This document shows, in pieces, positions 12,110 through 25,137 of a stretch of DNA of 64,000 nt. The DNA comes from Chiloscyllium plagiosum (Eukaryota): contig NC_057719.1 of NCBI RefSeq assembly GCF_004010195.1, positions 41,858,139 through 41,922,138 of the forward strand. The letters run 5' to 3'. A program made the position numbers and the translations under genes. Numbering within the stretch: the first letter of the stretch is position 1; every line of letters begins with the position of its first letter. A model generated the notes under the pieces. The model did not search any database, was not told the DNA's origin, and saw only the letters and a list, made by a program, of their open reading frames with translations.

Positions 12110-14340
12110 TAAGGTTCATAGAAGGTTATCGAGACAGTTTCTTAGAAACAGCGTATTCTGGTGTCTACCAGAGAGCAGAGTACATGGTATTATGTAATGA
12201 AGTAGGATTAATTAATGACCCAATAGTTCGGGCAACCTAGGTTGCACTAAGCATAATATGATTGATTTTACATTCAGTTTGAGGGTAGAAGAGTGGATCC
12301 AAGGCTAGTATTTTCAATGAAGGCATGAAAGCAGAGCTAGCTAAAGTGAACCGTCAAATGAGGTTAAGGGATAAGTAAATAGAGATGCAGAGACAGGATT
12401 TCAGGGGATATTCCAGAGCATTCAGGATAGATACATTCCAATAATAAAGAAAGAATCAAAGCAGAGAACCCATCATACATGTCAACAGATAAAAATTAAA
12501 GGCAGTGTCAAACTTAAAGAGAATGTATATAGTTACACCAAGGTGGCTGGCAGCTTAGAAGATTATACAAAATATAAAAACAGCAAAGAATGAGTAAAAT
12601 ATTTATAAGGAGAGAACAACTGGAGTATGAGAGAAAGCTAGTTAGAAATGTAGAAACAGATAGTAATAATTTCTCCAGATATTTTATAAAGAAAAGGATT
12701 AATGAAATCAATTCAGAAGTCGAGCCATATTGAACTCAAAACTTAATGTTCACCCAATTCTCTTTCCATAGACACTGCCAGTTCTGATGAGCTTCCATAA
12801 CCTTTTGATTTTTATTCTACATTTCCAGAATCCATAGCACTTTTGTTTTTATTTAACAAAGTGAGTATTGGTCATTTTGAAAATGAGCCTGAGGAAATAA
12901 CAATGGAAAATAAGGAGGTGGTAGATGAATTGAACAATTATCTTGCTTTTTGAGGTAATGTTCTAGAAATTGTTGTAAATCAAGAAGTGGAAGTGAGGGA
13001 CTATAGAAAGTTAAAGTCATCAGGGAAGTGGTACTGGGCAAATCGTTGAAGTTGTAGGATGACAAATTCCTGGGTCATGATGAATTTCATCCTAGAATCT
13101 TAAAAGAAGTACAGAAATTGCTGGAGACACTCAGCAGGTCAGGCACTATCTGTGGTAAGTAAGTTAAAATTAATGTTTTGAGTCCAGTTTCTTCAGAATT
13201 CTATTATGTGGAAAATGTGAAATAGTCCATTTTGGCAGGTTTCATAGAAAATTGCATACTATCTAAATGGTGACAGATTGTGGGGCTCTGAGCTGTAAAA
13301 CAACATGTATGATCTAGTGCAAGAATCATAAAATGCAAGTTTTCTGGTACAGAAAGTAATAAATAAAGCTAACAGAATGTTATTATTGACTGTGATGGGA
13401 ATTGAATACAAAAGAAGCGTGGTTATACTTCAATTATGCATGGCACTGGTGAAATCATATCAGGAGTAATATGTACAATATTAACTTCACTCTCTAAGGA
13501 AGGAAGTAAATGAGTTAGAACAATTCAGAGAAAGGTTACCAAACTTCTACCTGAATAAATGTATAAGGACCTTATAAGGAAAGGTCAGACGGGCTAGGCC
13601 TGCGATTGCTGGAGCTAAGACGTTTAACATATGACTTAATTGAAACATTTCCTTTTCTGGGAGAATCCCAAACTAAGGGTCACTGTTTAAAAATGATGTG
13701 GCCCCCATTTAAGACAAAAATGAGGAGAAACTTTTTCTCACAGATGGTTGTCAGTATTTTAAACTCTCTCCAAAGCAGAATGCAAGCAGAGGTTTTGAAT
13801 ATTTTAAGGCAGAAGTTAGATAGATTATTGATAAAGATGATCCTACTGAATCGTTACAGAAACAGTTTACGAGAATGTTTCTTGGTTTGGAAAGTATTAC
13901 CTGAGTAGAGATTGGAAAAATTTGGTTTCTTTTCACTGGAACATTGAAGGATGAGGGGGGACCTGATAGAAGTTTACAAAATTACAACAGACATGGATAG
14001 AATGGACAGTCAGAGTCTTTTCCCTGAGGGAAGAAGTGTCCATTACTAGGGAACATAGTTTTAAGGTAAAAGGAGGTAAGTTGAAAGGAGATGTGAGAGG
14101 AAGATTTTTTACACACAGGATGGTAAGTGCCTGAATGCACTTCCATGGGAGGCGGTGGAGGTAAATGCAATCACAATGTTTAAGAGGCATTCTGACAGAT
14201 ATATGAATAGGCACAGAATAGGGAGAATGCAGAATGCACAGAGGCAAAAGGCTTTTAGTTTAGAAAGGCAATGTGTGTTAGCATAGTCTTGGTGGGTGGG
14301 CCAAAAGGCCTGTTCCTGTGCAGTGTTGTTCTTTGTTCAT
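12110..14340 (+). mobile_element. Cluster of old decayed CR1 fragments with small Penelope-like inserts
   Basis: ORF 13606..13908 (RRLTYDLIETF...RRNFFSQMVV), CR1 3' end at about 13935-14340, inserts at about 12710-12850 and 13110-13200. Confidence 0.7.
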
Positions 14341-17300
14341 TGACAAAGATATGCATGCTATACATCTCCACAGTAGGAGTCGGTCTTCATTATTTCAATT
14401 TGAGGATATGGCTAGTTTTGTTTGTGGGGCTAGCTTTGGTCAAAATGATTCTTAAAGCAGTGTTAGACAGTGCAGCAACTCTCGTAACTCAGGTTTAAAG
14501 TTATAGTCAACTTACTTCCATAAGACCATAAGATGCAGGAGCAGAATTAGGCCATTTAGCCCATTAAGTCTGCTCTGCCATTCAATCGTGGTTGCTATGT
14601 TTCTCAACCTCATTCTCCTGCCTTCTCCCCATATCATAAGCTCCCCTCAGGCACAATTTCTCTTCAAACATGACCTTTTCTACAACAGATATTACTCTCC
14701 CTGATCCTAGCGCACCCAATAATCACAATCATTGTCAATCACACTCGATGCCACACCCTGCCCCCACCCCAGCCCCAAAAACATTCAATATTCCCAGACC
14801 ACAGGATGCCCTTGGCTGTGATCTCATCCTGCCAGTCATCTCCATGCCTGCTCCCTTGCATGCCGGTCTCCTCAATTGGAGAGGTTGATGTTCAGGCCAT
14901 TCATTCAGCAGGAAACCTAATATGCCTGTGAACAATGAGACCGATAGGGAATGGAAGTGTTAGGATTTTTCAATCTGAATTTTTATTTTCCCACTGAATT
15001 CCCCATGTCCTCCTTCCTCACATGCCTTCCTACCCAAATGCTCCTCCTGTATATCAGGGCCTATATTTCAGGTTGATGACTTTTAGGCATTAACATAAAA
15101 TGGAAAGAGATGAAGATATATGAACACCAATAGGAATACAAATTGCAGGGAACAAAACTGGGAGAGTTCACGGCTGAGTAGGAGGCTGTCTCAATTCTGT
15201 CATCACCTTTCTGTCACTCTTCATGAAAACCATTATGAAAGACCATTCTTTAACAAATACAATATTTTTAGACTTGGATTCCACTGTCAGCCCAAGATAA
15301 AAGAATGACATAATCCAAATGTTAAAAAGTATTTCTTTATGCCAACACTGGAATAAGTCCATTCCTATGATGGTAAGCACAAAATTTACCTCATCTAACT
15401 CACGCCTCTGACTGTAAAAAAAATCTTTTCGACCAGCACACCAGGCGAAAACCTTCTTATTGTGAAATATACAAAGACATTCAAGAACACAATCTGACAC
15501 ACTACAAGCCATGTCTTTATTCCTGGTTTATTTAATTTTCCCTATTATTCACATTGCTGCAGGAAAGAAAACCTTTGATTTATTTTTGGAAACTCAGTTC
15601 CAGCAATTGAAAACAATCACATAACATTGGTAATTTATTGCTTATTTGGATGAAAGACCCTTCTTATTTGTTCTTTATTTGATTTTAGAAAATATATGGA
15701 TGCAAACTGTACCAGAAGAATTTGTCATCTAGAGTAGGTGATTATATTTGGGTTACTGCAGTAGTTCACAATTTGATCCACCTTAATGCAGAAACAATAT
15801 AAATGCCACTAAATAGTATATTTCACTATTCTAATTTCAAAAAGGTCCAAATGCAAGGAGACATGAGAGTGTCCAAATCTTTGATGGTGAGAAAGCATTA
15901 TAAAGTTCATAAAGCTTTGAGTACAAAGCCAGGAAGCCAAACATTTATAAAAGACTGGACCAGCCCCAGCTGGAGTATTTTGTCCAATTCTGTACATTAG
16001 CCTTTAGGAAGAATGTGAAGACTTCAGCGATGATATCAAATTGATCTTCCAGAATGGTTTTAAGAATGAGGACGTACATTTAGTGAATAGATTCAAGGAG
16101 CTGGTATTTTTCCCCTTCAGGCAGAAAAAGCTAAGAGTTGATTAGATAACAGTTGTTTTAAAATCATGAAGGGCTTGGGAGCAGTGAATAAACATAAACT
16201 GTTTCCATTGGCTGCTGGGTTGATTACCAGAGCGCACATATTTAGAGTGCTAGGGAAAAGAAGCAGAAGTAAGAAGAAGAAAAACCATTTTCCCAAGGAG
16301 TGGGTCAGTTTTGGAATACACTGCCTAATAGGGTGGTGCATGAAAATATTCAATTGTGCTTTGAATGTAGACATTAAATATAAAAATGAATGAGATGTTG
16401 TGAAAAACTGAAATAGTGGGCCTCACTGGTATCATCAGGATGCAGGGGAATTGAATAGGCCAGAGAGCCCACCCACTTCCCAAAAGAGTCTAATCACTGG
16501 TTATGATGCCCAGAGACACCAATAATATTTTTAAAAGCAAGAAGAGCTAAAAACTTCCCAGTGACACTATCAAGTTGGAATACAACCCAGAGGTAGCGAA
16601 TTGGAGAACAAGGGAACTTTAAGTGCCAAACTTCCGACTCTGGGAAGAGGACTGATTACAGATTGCAAAGATTGTCTCCAGAAGACCAACCAGATATAAC
16701 TCTGACTGGAACATCGGAAAATATAATTCCTTCACCCAAGAATATAATTTTATTTGAATTCCACCTTCCCTCACCCTGAATCTTGTTCTGCTTGATTATA
16801 TGCAAGTGTGCATGTGTATGTCATGACCTTGAGATAGGTTTTTCCATTTTATTAACTTTTATATTTCACTTGAGTAAGTTTATAATAAAATAACTCCTTA
16901 ATTTGAATGAACTCACATGGATCAGTCTAGCTTGTTCTTGACAACTTTAATGTGTGTACGTATTTGTTTGAAATCCAAAACTCTGTTCTGCCAACCTCAG
17001 GAATGGAAAGAAGGGAATTTGTTCTGAGATTAGTTGCAACAACAGCATAAGCTGAATCTATTTTATTTGGTTCTGTGATCGTTGCATTGTTTTTCTTAGA
17101 AGGGAAGCCTGGTGAGATTCCTTACCATATCTAACCTAACTACCTTGCCCTAAGGTGTCCCTCCCACCTGATTCAAATCCTTTCTCACCATTCCTAGAGT
17201 GATTCGCCTCTCAGGACATGTCTGCTGATTGACTGGAATCCCTTCCACCAATGTCATATTTAAAAGTCCACTATGCACCCAGACAAGTATTGGCAGTCCA

Positions 17301-17744
17301 GTGTTGCCCCTCACCAGCAATGACCTGGTAAAGCAGCAACAAAGCCATGCAACTCATGGCACAGAGGCATGGCTGACACCCCCATGATAGAATGCTGCAC
17401 CCAGTTCTCATCTACAGGAGCTGGGTATCAATCAGGTCCTTGCTGATTTGTAGTGCCCAGTGCAGCTGAGCTCGGCCATACTCAAGAAGAGCTTCTTACT
17501 CCCCAACATCCTCCTCCTCAGAAGGGTGCTCCCATTCCCTCAATTCCTCAGCATATGTCTCCTCCTTCCGTGCTTCAATTGCACAGATCACAGCATGTCA
17601 AGATGATATGGCACAGTCTTACTATACTGGAGGAGCCCCCAAGACTGGTCCAAGTGACAGAATCACATTTTCAGTGGCTCTGTCATCTGCCCCACCAGGG
17701 CACTGGTCACCAACTTGGTGAAGATGCCACACTGGCAGAGTGAC

Positions 17745-18080
17745 CAACATATAACAAATAATGAGTGGCATAGATAGAGTCAATAGCCAGAGACTTTTCC
17801 CCAGGGCAGGATTGACTGGTACGAGGAGTCATAGTTTGAAGATATTAGGAGGAAGGTATAAAGGAGATGTCAGAGGTTGTGAATGCATGGAATGCGTTGC
17901 CAGCTGTGGTGATGGAAGCAGAGTCATTGGGGACATTTAAGCGACTGCTGGACATGCACATGGATAGCAGTGAGTTGAGGAGTGTGTAGGTTAAGTTACT
18001 ATATTTTACATTAGGATTAAACCTAGGCACAACATCGTGGGCCAAAGGGCCTGATCTGTACTGTACTTTTCTATGTTCTA
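17745..18080 (+). mobile_element. CR1 3' end fragment
   Basis: gaatgcatggaatgcgttgccag...gggccaaagggcctg and (atgttct) tail. Confidence 0.8.
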
Positions 18081-20565
18081 TAGCATCTAAAAGGAAGGTA
18101 CCTGCTTTGTTCTGAACCCCTTCCCATTCCAGACCCATGTCAGTCATAAAGCAATGCTTTGCTCCTCCCCCAGCACCCTTGCAAGTTTCACAAGTAGTTT
18201 GACATTTTTACACCTCTATGAGTTACCTTCTGCAGCACTGAAATGGCAATGTTAGATTTGCCAGCACAAATGACATGGTGCAAATACTCTTTAATCAGTA
18301 TTTGATGCCTGAGCACATTCAAACAGCATGCATTGCAAATAGGTAAAGGAATGCTTGCAATTAAATATAGCAACAGTCCTAGTGTGCAAGAGATGTGGAT
18401 TCCATGCTTTCACCATCAAACTGACACTGACTCCACTCACCCTTGAGAAGGTACCAGCCATTTTCCACTTGTATTTAGCATCAAGAGAAGCACAAGTGGT
18501 GACAGTGAAGGCAGCTCATGGTGGACACGCTCAGCTCTGCTTGGTCACCATGCTCTTCCTCAGATCCCCTGTGTCTTCCTTTACCTCACAGTATCCTGAT
18601 AATCTGTTTCTACCTATCCCTCACATGGGGATCCATTACATTGAACTTTGCATCTAACCGTCCTGCTTATCCTTGAACCCTGACATTACATCTTAATGAT
18701 GCCTACTTTGGTCCTCTATGCACACCTTGTGTAGGCCTCCATATTTGTCACTGTTGATAATCCACCTCTCATAGCTTACCATACCTTCCACACACATTGA
18801 GCTTCTCCCCCAGCACCAGGCTTGTTTCCATCTCTGTACATGCCTTGATTTTCTTTGTCCAGCCTTGACTGCTCCATCCCTTTTAGTTTTGATCTCCTGA
18901 TTGCACATACAGGACCCCCTTACACCTTCCTCAACATTTGACACATGACCCTCAGGTCTGTATTCATCCTAAATTTTTGACTGACTTCAACAGATAGAGA
19001 CAACTGACCAGACCCCTAACCACTGTATTTGCAGATCCCCAACTGACGTGACAGAATTCTCCTGAAAGAGAGTGCTGATTCTACAGGGCTGGCCATTACC
19101 AACTTCCCAGACTGTATTCAGAGGTATCCACTGACCATGCTGGGCACAAGTGGATGGATGACAGAGGCCAAGCCACTAGGTTGTATGCAGATTGTGCCCA
19201 TGACTGACAGTACAGGATCCCCTTACTGACAACAGCCTGCCTTGACTGGACTGTGGACCAGCCATTATGTACTTTCCAGCATGGCCATTCAATTGAATAA
19301 ATTCTCATTGTGCTTGTCACGCAGGCAGCTATCACATACTTTAGATATTGGATTGATGCCTGGGAGAGATGTATAGCAAGACTCTCACCCCATCCCTGCA
19401 CAGGAAAGTTCTCACTGACAAGTATGATAAGCAGACTGTCTATTTCTCTGCACAAAAGAACAGATCAATATTGCAGTACTGGTAGCCTTTGTCTCTGGCT
19501 GAAATGCTAATTTTTAACAATGATGGTACATCATAACAAGACAAGGTAAGGAAAGGTGTGGATTCTGACAGCATGCAGTAAAGCACCAGGTGAGCAAGTG
19601 CTAAGAGAGCAAATGAGCAGTCCTGAGATGCAGCATGGTCTAATCAGTGAGATGGATAACTCACTGTGTGTGCAATGTCCTTAAAGCTGCCTTTCAATTC
19701 TCTTTTGCTGTGCACCCGGTAATGCAGGTCTGTGCTGTCTAAGCGTCCTGAAAGTGGATTGGAGAAGTGCCAGGAGGATTGTGAGTGGTGGTGAATGTCA
19801 GATGTTAGTGTCCAAGGTCAAGGGATGCTCATGGCTGGTGCCCATGGATCATGCCTTGAGATCTTGTTTGGTATTGAATAACATGAGGGTCTCTGAAGCC
19901 AGTGGTGAGCTGAAGTCATCAGGGACTTGGTCCAACTTCCATATCAATTTTTCTCAACATTAGGCTTATTTGGCATGTTTGGTAAGATGGGAATCTGAAT
20001 ATTAATGAAGCAAGTTGTGGCCTGAATAAAGCGAGTAACAATCTATAATCCCCTTCAATTGACAACTCACCACTGCCTAATGAGAATCTAGGCAGCTCCT
20101 TGGATGCTGCCTGACCTGTTGCGCTTTTTCAGCAACACATTTTCAGCTCTAATGAGAATCTAGCCTTGCATCAGAAAAGATGCATCAAGTTGCTTCTGAA
20201 GTCAAGATAGGCCATGTCAGACTTGTCTTGCACTATTCTACCACAAGGCCTGCTATAGCCAAGGATGTTCAGAATCCCATATTTTACTTATTTGCAATAC
20301 TATTATAATTCATACCTAAAAATAGTTCATGATTAGATCTTTATCATCATACCATGCATTTCGAAGTAATATTTTGTCTAATAAGGTCCCCTTATTCGTG
20401 TCTCTCCACATTTACAATAAGTATGAAAGAGTTCTTAGTAAGTATGTAAAGTTAAAAGGATTCCATTTACTCATTCACTTTGAAAGTTTGTAGATTCTAT
20501 TGCTTCATTGTCAAATGCAAGTGCCAGTGAAAGGCAGATACTAAGGTATACTTACTAGTGGCTTG

Positions 20566-20844
20566 GAGATTGTGAGGACTGCAGATGCTGGAAAGTCAGA
20601 ATTGATAAAGTGTGGAGCTGGAAAAAGCACAGTAGGTCAAGCAGCATCAGAAGAGCAGGAGGGTTGACATTTTTGGCAGGACCCTTCATCAGGGCTGGGC
20701 AGGGGGAAGGGGGCTGAGAAATAAATGGGGGGTGGGGATGGGGAACGGTAGATGGAATGGCAATAGGTGGATGCAGGTAAGAGGTAAATAAGATTGGTCA
20801 GTGGGAAGGGTGGAGAAGATAAGTGGAAAGGGGGTTAGGTGACT
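20566..20844. mobile_element. Penelope-like fragment inserted at a kif28 exon-intron boundary
   Basis: gtgaggactgcagatgctgga...gcagcatc...cccttcatcag (same family as 11297-11519); flanked by a 13/15-identical direct repeat at 20551-20565 and 20845-20859. Confidence 0.65.
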
Positions 20845-20849
20845 CTTAC

Positions 20850-21016
20850 CAGTGGCCTGACCTCCTTCAGGTGAATTAGTCTCGCTCTCACTCCAATCAT
20901 GCTGAAATAAAATGTCTTGAGGGCCTTGGCAAACTCAGCATCCCAGCTGGGAAATGGGGACTTTTGATCAGATCGATCATTAGCGGATTTCATTGGACCT
21001 CCATTTGTAACTAATC
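20850..21016 (-). CDS. kif28: kif28 exon GLVTNGGPMKSANDRSDQKSPFPSWDAEFAKALKTFYFSMIGVRARLIHLKEVRPL
   Basis: caccag|GA acceptor after a 93-nt intron, CTG|gtaaga donor, 167 nt, phase 1 to 0; DAEFAxALKxFY motif. Confidence 0.88.
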
Positions 21017-21109
21017 CTGGTGAGAAGTTTGGGAGTTAGTTTGCCGGCAATGAATGATAGTTGAAACATATAACATTCAACAAAGCACAATAATAACAGT
21101 TTGTATTAC

Positions 21110-21263
21110 CGGAGCTTGAGGGGAGGTTTCTCAGCCTTTCGAGTTCCCTTTGCATTTTGATGTTTTCACTTTTTAAGCTTCGGTTTGCATCTTTGAGGTT
21201 TTCAATCTCTTCTTCCAACATTTTGAGTTGCTCAGATAATTTGGATCTACATTTCTCAGAATC
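21110..21263 (-). CDS. kif28: kif28 exon (C-terminal coiled coil) DSEKCRSKLSEQLKMLEEEIENLKDANRSLKSENIKMQRELERLRNLPSSS
   Basis: atgtag|GAT acceptor, CCG|gtaata donor, 154 nt, phase 0 to 1; heptad pattern. Confidence 0.88.
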
Positions 21264-21359
21264 CTACATTTGACAACAATGAATCATATTAAAGACAGAA
21301 TTTGTTTGAAATTATTTCCTTTCGGTGAAAAGAGGCTGCTTCTTTCATCAGAAGGAAAG

Positions 21360-22405
21360 ACCATAAGATCATAAGACCAAAGGAACAGAAATTAAGCCAT
21401 TTTGTCCATTGAATCTGCTCCGCCATTCGATCATGGCTGACAGGTTTTTCAAACTCATTTTCCCACTTTCTCCCCATAACCTTTGATCCCCTTGGCAAAC
21501 AAAAACCTATCTATCTCTGCCTTAAATATACTTAATGACCTGGCCTCCACAGCCCTCTGTGGCAATGAATGCCACAGATTCACCACCCTCTGCTCTAAAG
21601 GATCTTCCCTTTACTCTAAGGCTATGCCCTTGGTTCTCATTTCTCCTGCCAGTGGAAATATCTTTTCAATGTCCACTCTATCCAGGCTATTTAATATTCT
21701 GTAAGTTTCAATTAGATCCGCCCTCATCCTTCTAAACTCCCAGAGTCCTCAAATGTTCCTCATATATTAAGCCTTTCACTCCAGGGATCATTTCCATGAA
21801 CCTCCTGTGGATCAACTCCAGAGCCAGTACACCTTCCTGAGATATGGGACCCTAAATGTGGCCTGACCAGAGCCTTATAAAGTTTCAGACGCACAACCCT
21901 GCTTTGATATTCTAGTCCTCTCGAGATGAATGACAACATTGTATTTTCCTTCCTAATTACTGACTCAACCTGCAAGTTTGCATTAAGAGAATCCTAGACT
22001 AGGACTCCCAAGTCCCTTTTCACTCCAGATTTCTGAATTTTCTCCCCATTTAGAAAATAGTCCATGCCTCTAGTCTTCCTACCAAAGTGAATGACCTCAC
22101 ACTTTTTCACGTTGTACTCCATCTGCCACTTCTTAGCCCACTCTCCTAACCAGCTTCCCTGCCTCCTCAATACTACCTGCCCCCTACCTATCTTTGTATC
22201 ATCTGCAAACTTAGCCAGAACACCCTCAGATCCTTCATCCAGATCATTAATGTACAAAGTGAAAAATTGTGGTCCCAACACTGACCCTGGTTGAACACCA
22301 CTAGTCACTGGCTTCCAACCTGAGAAGGACCCTTTTATCCCCACTCTCTGCCTTCTGCCAGACAGCCAATATTCCATCAATGCTAATACCTTGCCTTTAA
22401 CACCA
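21360..22405 (-). mobile_element. CR1-type LINE RT fragment to 3' tail
   Basis: ORF 21994..22380 (VTSGVQPGSVLGP...YINDL...KFADDTK), ORF 21760..21975 (LYKALVRPHL). Confidence 0.92.
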
Positions 22406-22577
22406 AGACATTAATGATTGCAGATTATATCTAACACTAAATATTAGTTCTTGCTGCGAAATGGAATACAGTTAGGAGTGGTCTACATGTTTGAAAACTG
22501 ATGCAAATAAATATGAATCAACTGAAAGCTAATATTTCTAGTGCTGAAAAATCTTGTAATGAACAGATTCAGCATAC

Positions 22578-22684
22578 CTGTGGCACAGATGTCCATTGAT
22601 TTCTATAGCACAGATCCAACAGCACACTACCATTACCAGCTAGTGCAACATGAGCAAACTCAGTCTCCATTTCTTGACAACCTT
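22578..22684 (-). CDS. kif28: kif28 exon EGCQEMETEFAHVALAGNGSVLLDLCYRNQWTSVPQ
   Basis: tttcag|AA acceptor, CAG|gtatgc donor, 107 nt, phase 1 to 0; recreates LWGLQ-EGC as recalled for KIF28P. Confidence 0.85.
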
Positions 22685-23937
22685 CTGAAAAACAGAGTTT
22701 GGTTACTTTTCCGTTTCTTTATCAACTTGTTTCTTCTGCACTTGAGTATTTTATGGATCTGCTTTGACCAAGTAAGACCAACATTGAAAACCTCTGCATT
22801 TTTAAGGTCAATCAGATTGAGAAGGCAATGGAATATTGGAATATGATGGATGAGGACAAGGAGAATAGAAGAAGAGTAAAGGAAAGGTTGGGGAGAAAAG
22901 AGTAGAGCAAAGGACTTTGGGAAAGTGCAGGGAGAGAGAATTGGAGAGGGGAGAGGAAGATTGGGAAATGAGGGGTAGGAAGTGAGATGGGTGAGGGAAA
23001 AGGTGTAAAATGAGTGAATACTGAAATAGTTAATCTGTTGAGAAAATTTAAGAGGAATTCTTTGTTGAAGAAGGAGGGTGTTGGAGGTGACTAATTTTGC
23101 AGAATTATAATGTACAGAATCAGAAAGGAAATTGGATAAATACCTGAAGAGAAATGATTTTACAGGGCTGTGGCAAAAGATCAGGATAATGTACTTAATT
23201 AGATCACTCAATCAAAGAGCAGATACTGGGCTGATGGGCAATTAGTTTTCTTGTGTGTTGTATCCTACATGATACATTGACAGCCAATATTGCCAGTAAT
23301 AGATTCCCAAGTAATTTTAGACAGAAAGTGAAAATTTCAAACAGACATCCATAGAAGAAAACATCAATTGACCAATGTTGAATATAGCTGTTACAGCTGC
23401 TAAGAAGTGCTTAGAATGGAAATCAATCATTTGCTGTATCAAGTCCATGAGTAGCTGGCACTGCATGTCTTTTTAGAATGGAAGTTACCAGAGACAAAGC
23501 CAAGCACTGGGAATTTCTAATAATGGAATACTCCATCACATTCAACATTCTAATACATATGCGTTTGGCTTTGCCTCAGGCATTACCCTCTCATCTGGAG
23601 CACAGACATGCAGCTTGCTCCACATTTCTAGAGCTAGAACTAGCTTTTGAACTAGCCTTTATTCATCACTTAGAGTAAGCCATTGACCAATTTTGCCTCC
23701 TCACCTCCTTCAAGTTAAGCACCAACACTGTGTTTACATCTCTTCCACTTGATGATGTCAAAAATGAGAATTCAAAATGAGCAAAACTGCAACAGGAGCC
23801 TAAGCATAATCCATCACTTGGTTCACTATAATGCAGTAGCTTTGAGGTTTTAATAACAATACAGGGGATCAAATTGCATTTTTTCATATCAGATTTTCTT
23901 CATTGCCTGCAAAATGTTTGAATCTCATTTCACACAC

Positions 23938-24104
23938 CTTGCAAACCCCACAGCTCCAGTACTACTGCATGTGTTTTCAAATAACTGAGGAAATCTGCAG
24001 TAACATGTTGAATCATGAAGCACATTGTGTAATCCATTTCAAAGTTGGCATTATTCCACACAGCAGGGGTATAGAGCATTGCAGGAAGCCCATACATCAT
24101 AAAC
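23938..24104 (-). CDS. kif28: kif28 exon FMMYGLPAMLYTPAVWNNANFEMDYTMCFMIQHVTADFLSYLKTHAVVLELWGLQ
   Basis: gtacag|G acceptor, CAAG|gtgtgt donor, 167 nt, phase 2 to 1; 'VTxxFLxYL....ELWG' motif. Confidence 0.93.
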
Positions 24105-25137
24105 CTGTACACACAAGGAGATATTTGTGAACAAAATCATTGTATGTTTGAAACACAACACTCTGAAACTCTGTGATGTTGAAATCGGAAATTTATACTA
24201 AATATTGACAAATCTATTGCTTTACATATTGAGAATGTAATATAACATTGCTGAGAATTGATATTAATATCTTCAGATGCTCTTTAAGTACATGTTATAG
24301 AGATTTTAATGGTTATATAGTAAGAGTTAAACCGAAATAGATGTGGAGAAACTTCAATTACAAATGTTAACAGTTGTTTTAAATATTCTTCATCATCTGA
24401 TAAAATTATAATTCACACATTTCTAGTAACAGAGGACTTGAAATTTTTTGACACCATGTAGTGTTGACGTGACTTACACCTGAATTTTCCACTTGGCATT
24501 TTTTGTTGCATTTAAATCTGGAACAAATGAGTGTTAAATATTCATCACAGTCTGTGTAGTTTATTAAGCAGCATGTAAACATGACTGAAGTAGTATATGG
24601 TATAAGAATGTATGGAGGCATCTAAAAGTACCAACATTAAATATTTTGTAATGCTAGTGTTAGTAATGCTTTCATGTAATTGGTGCTCCACTCGACTGTG
24701 TTATGTGATAAGTTTGAAATCTCAACTGAATTGTTCCCAGTAGGAAGATAGTCACTACAAGCAGCATGTTTCTCCAGAAGGAAGGAGAGACCATACTCCC
24801 ACCAGGAAACTTGAAGAATTGATCTATTCCATACCAGAATTGACTCTCTACAAAGCTGTTGAGCTCTTAGTCTTTAACAAAATTCTACCTGGCACAAGAG
24901 CAGCCAGCACTTTACGTACTCTCTTGTTTTATAACTGGAGCAGGAAGAAATTTGCTGCAAATCTTTTATATGTAACAGCATCACTACTGAGTTTCTGTGG
25001 CCCACTTAGGAGGAGGTGAAAGAAAATTTGGAAAAAGGTTATGTCTAATTGTGAGCTGCTCATTAAAGTAAATCCTCCCGGGGTTTGAATGCTTTACGTG
25101 TCACTGATGTATGTAGATGAAAGCTGGGAAATCTCAC

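Noticed and set aside
14271..14498. Hydrophobic 75-aa ORF as a membrane micropeptide
   Set aside because: Starts inside a CR1 tail; no independent support
16415..20280. Possible decayed Harbinger-like DNA transposon with a solo-LTR-like insert (about 16500-17040)
   Set aside because: Impression from composition only; no transposase motif, TIR pair or TSD could be verified by eye
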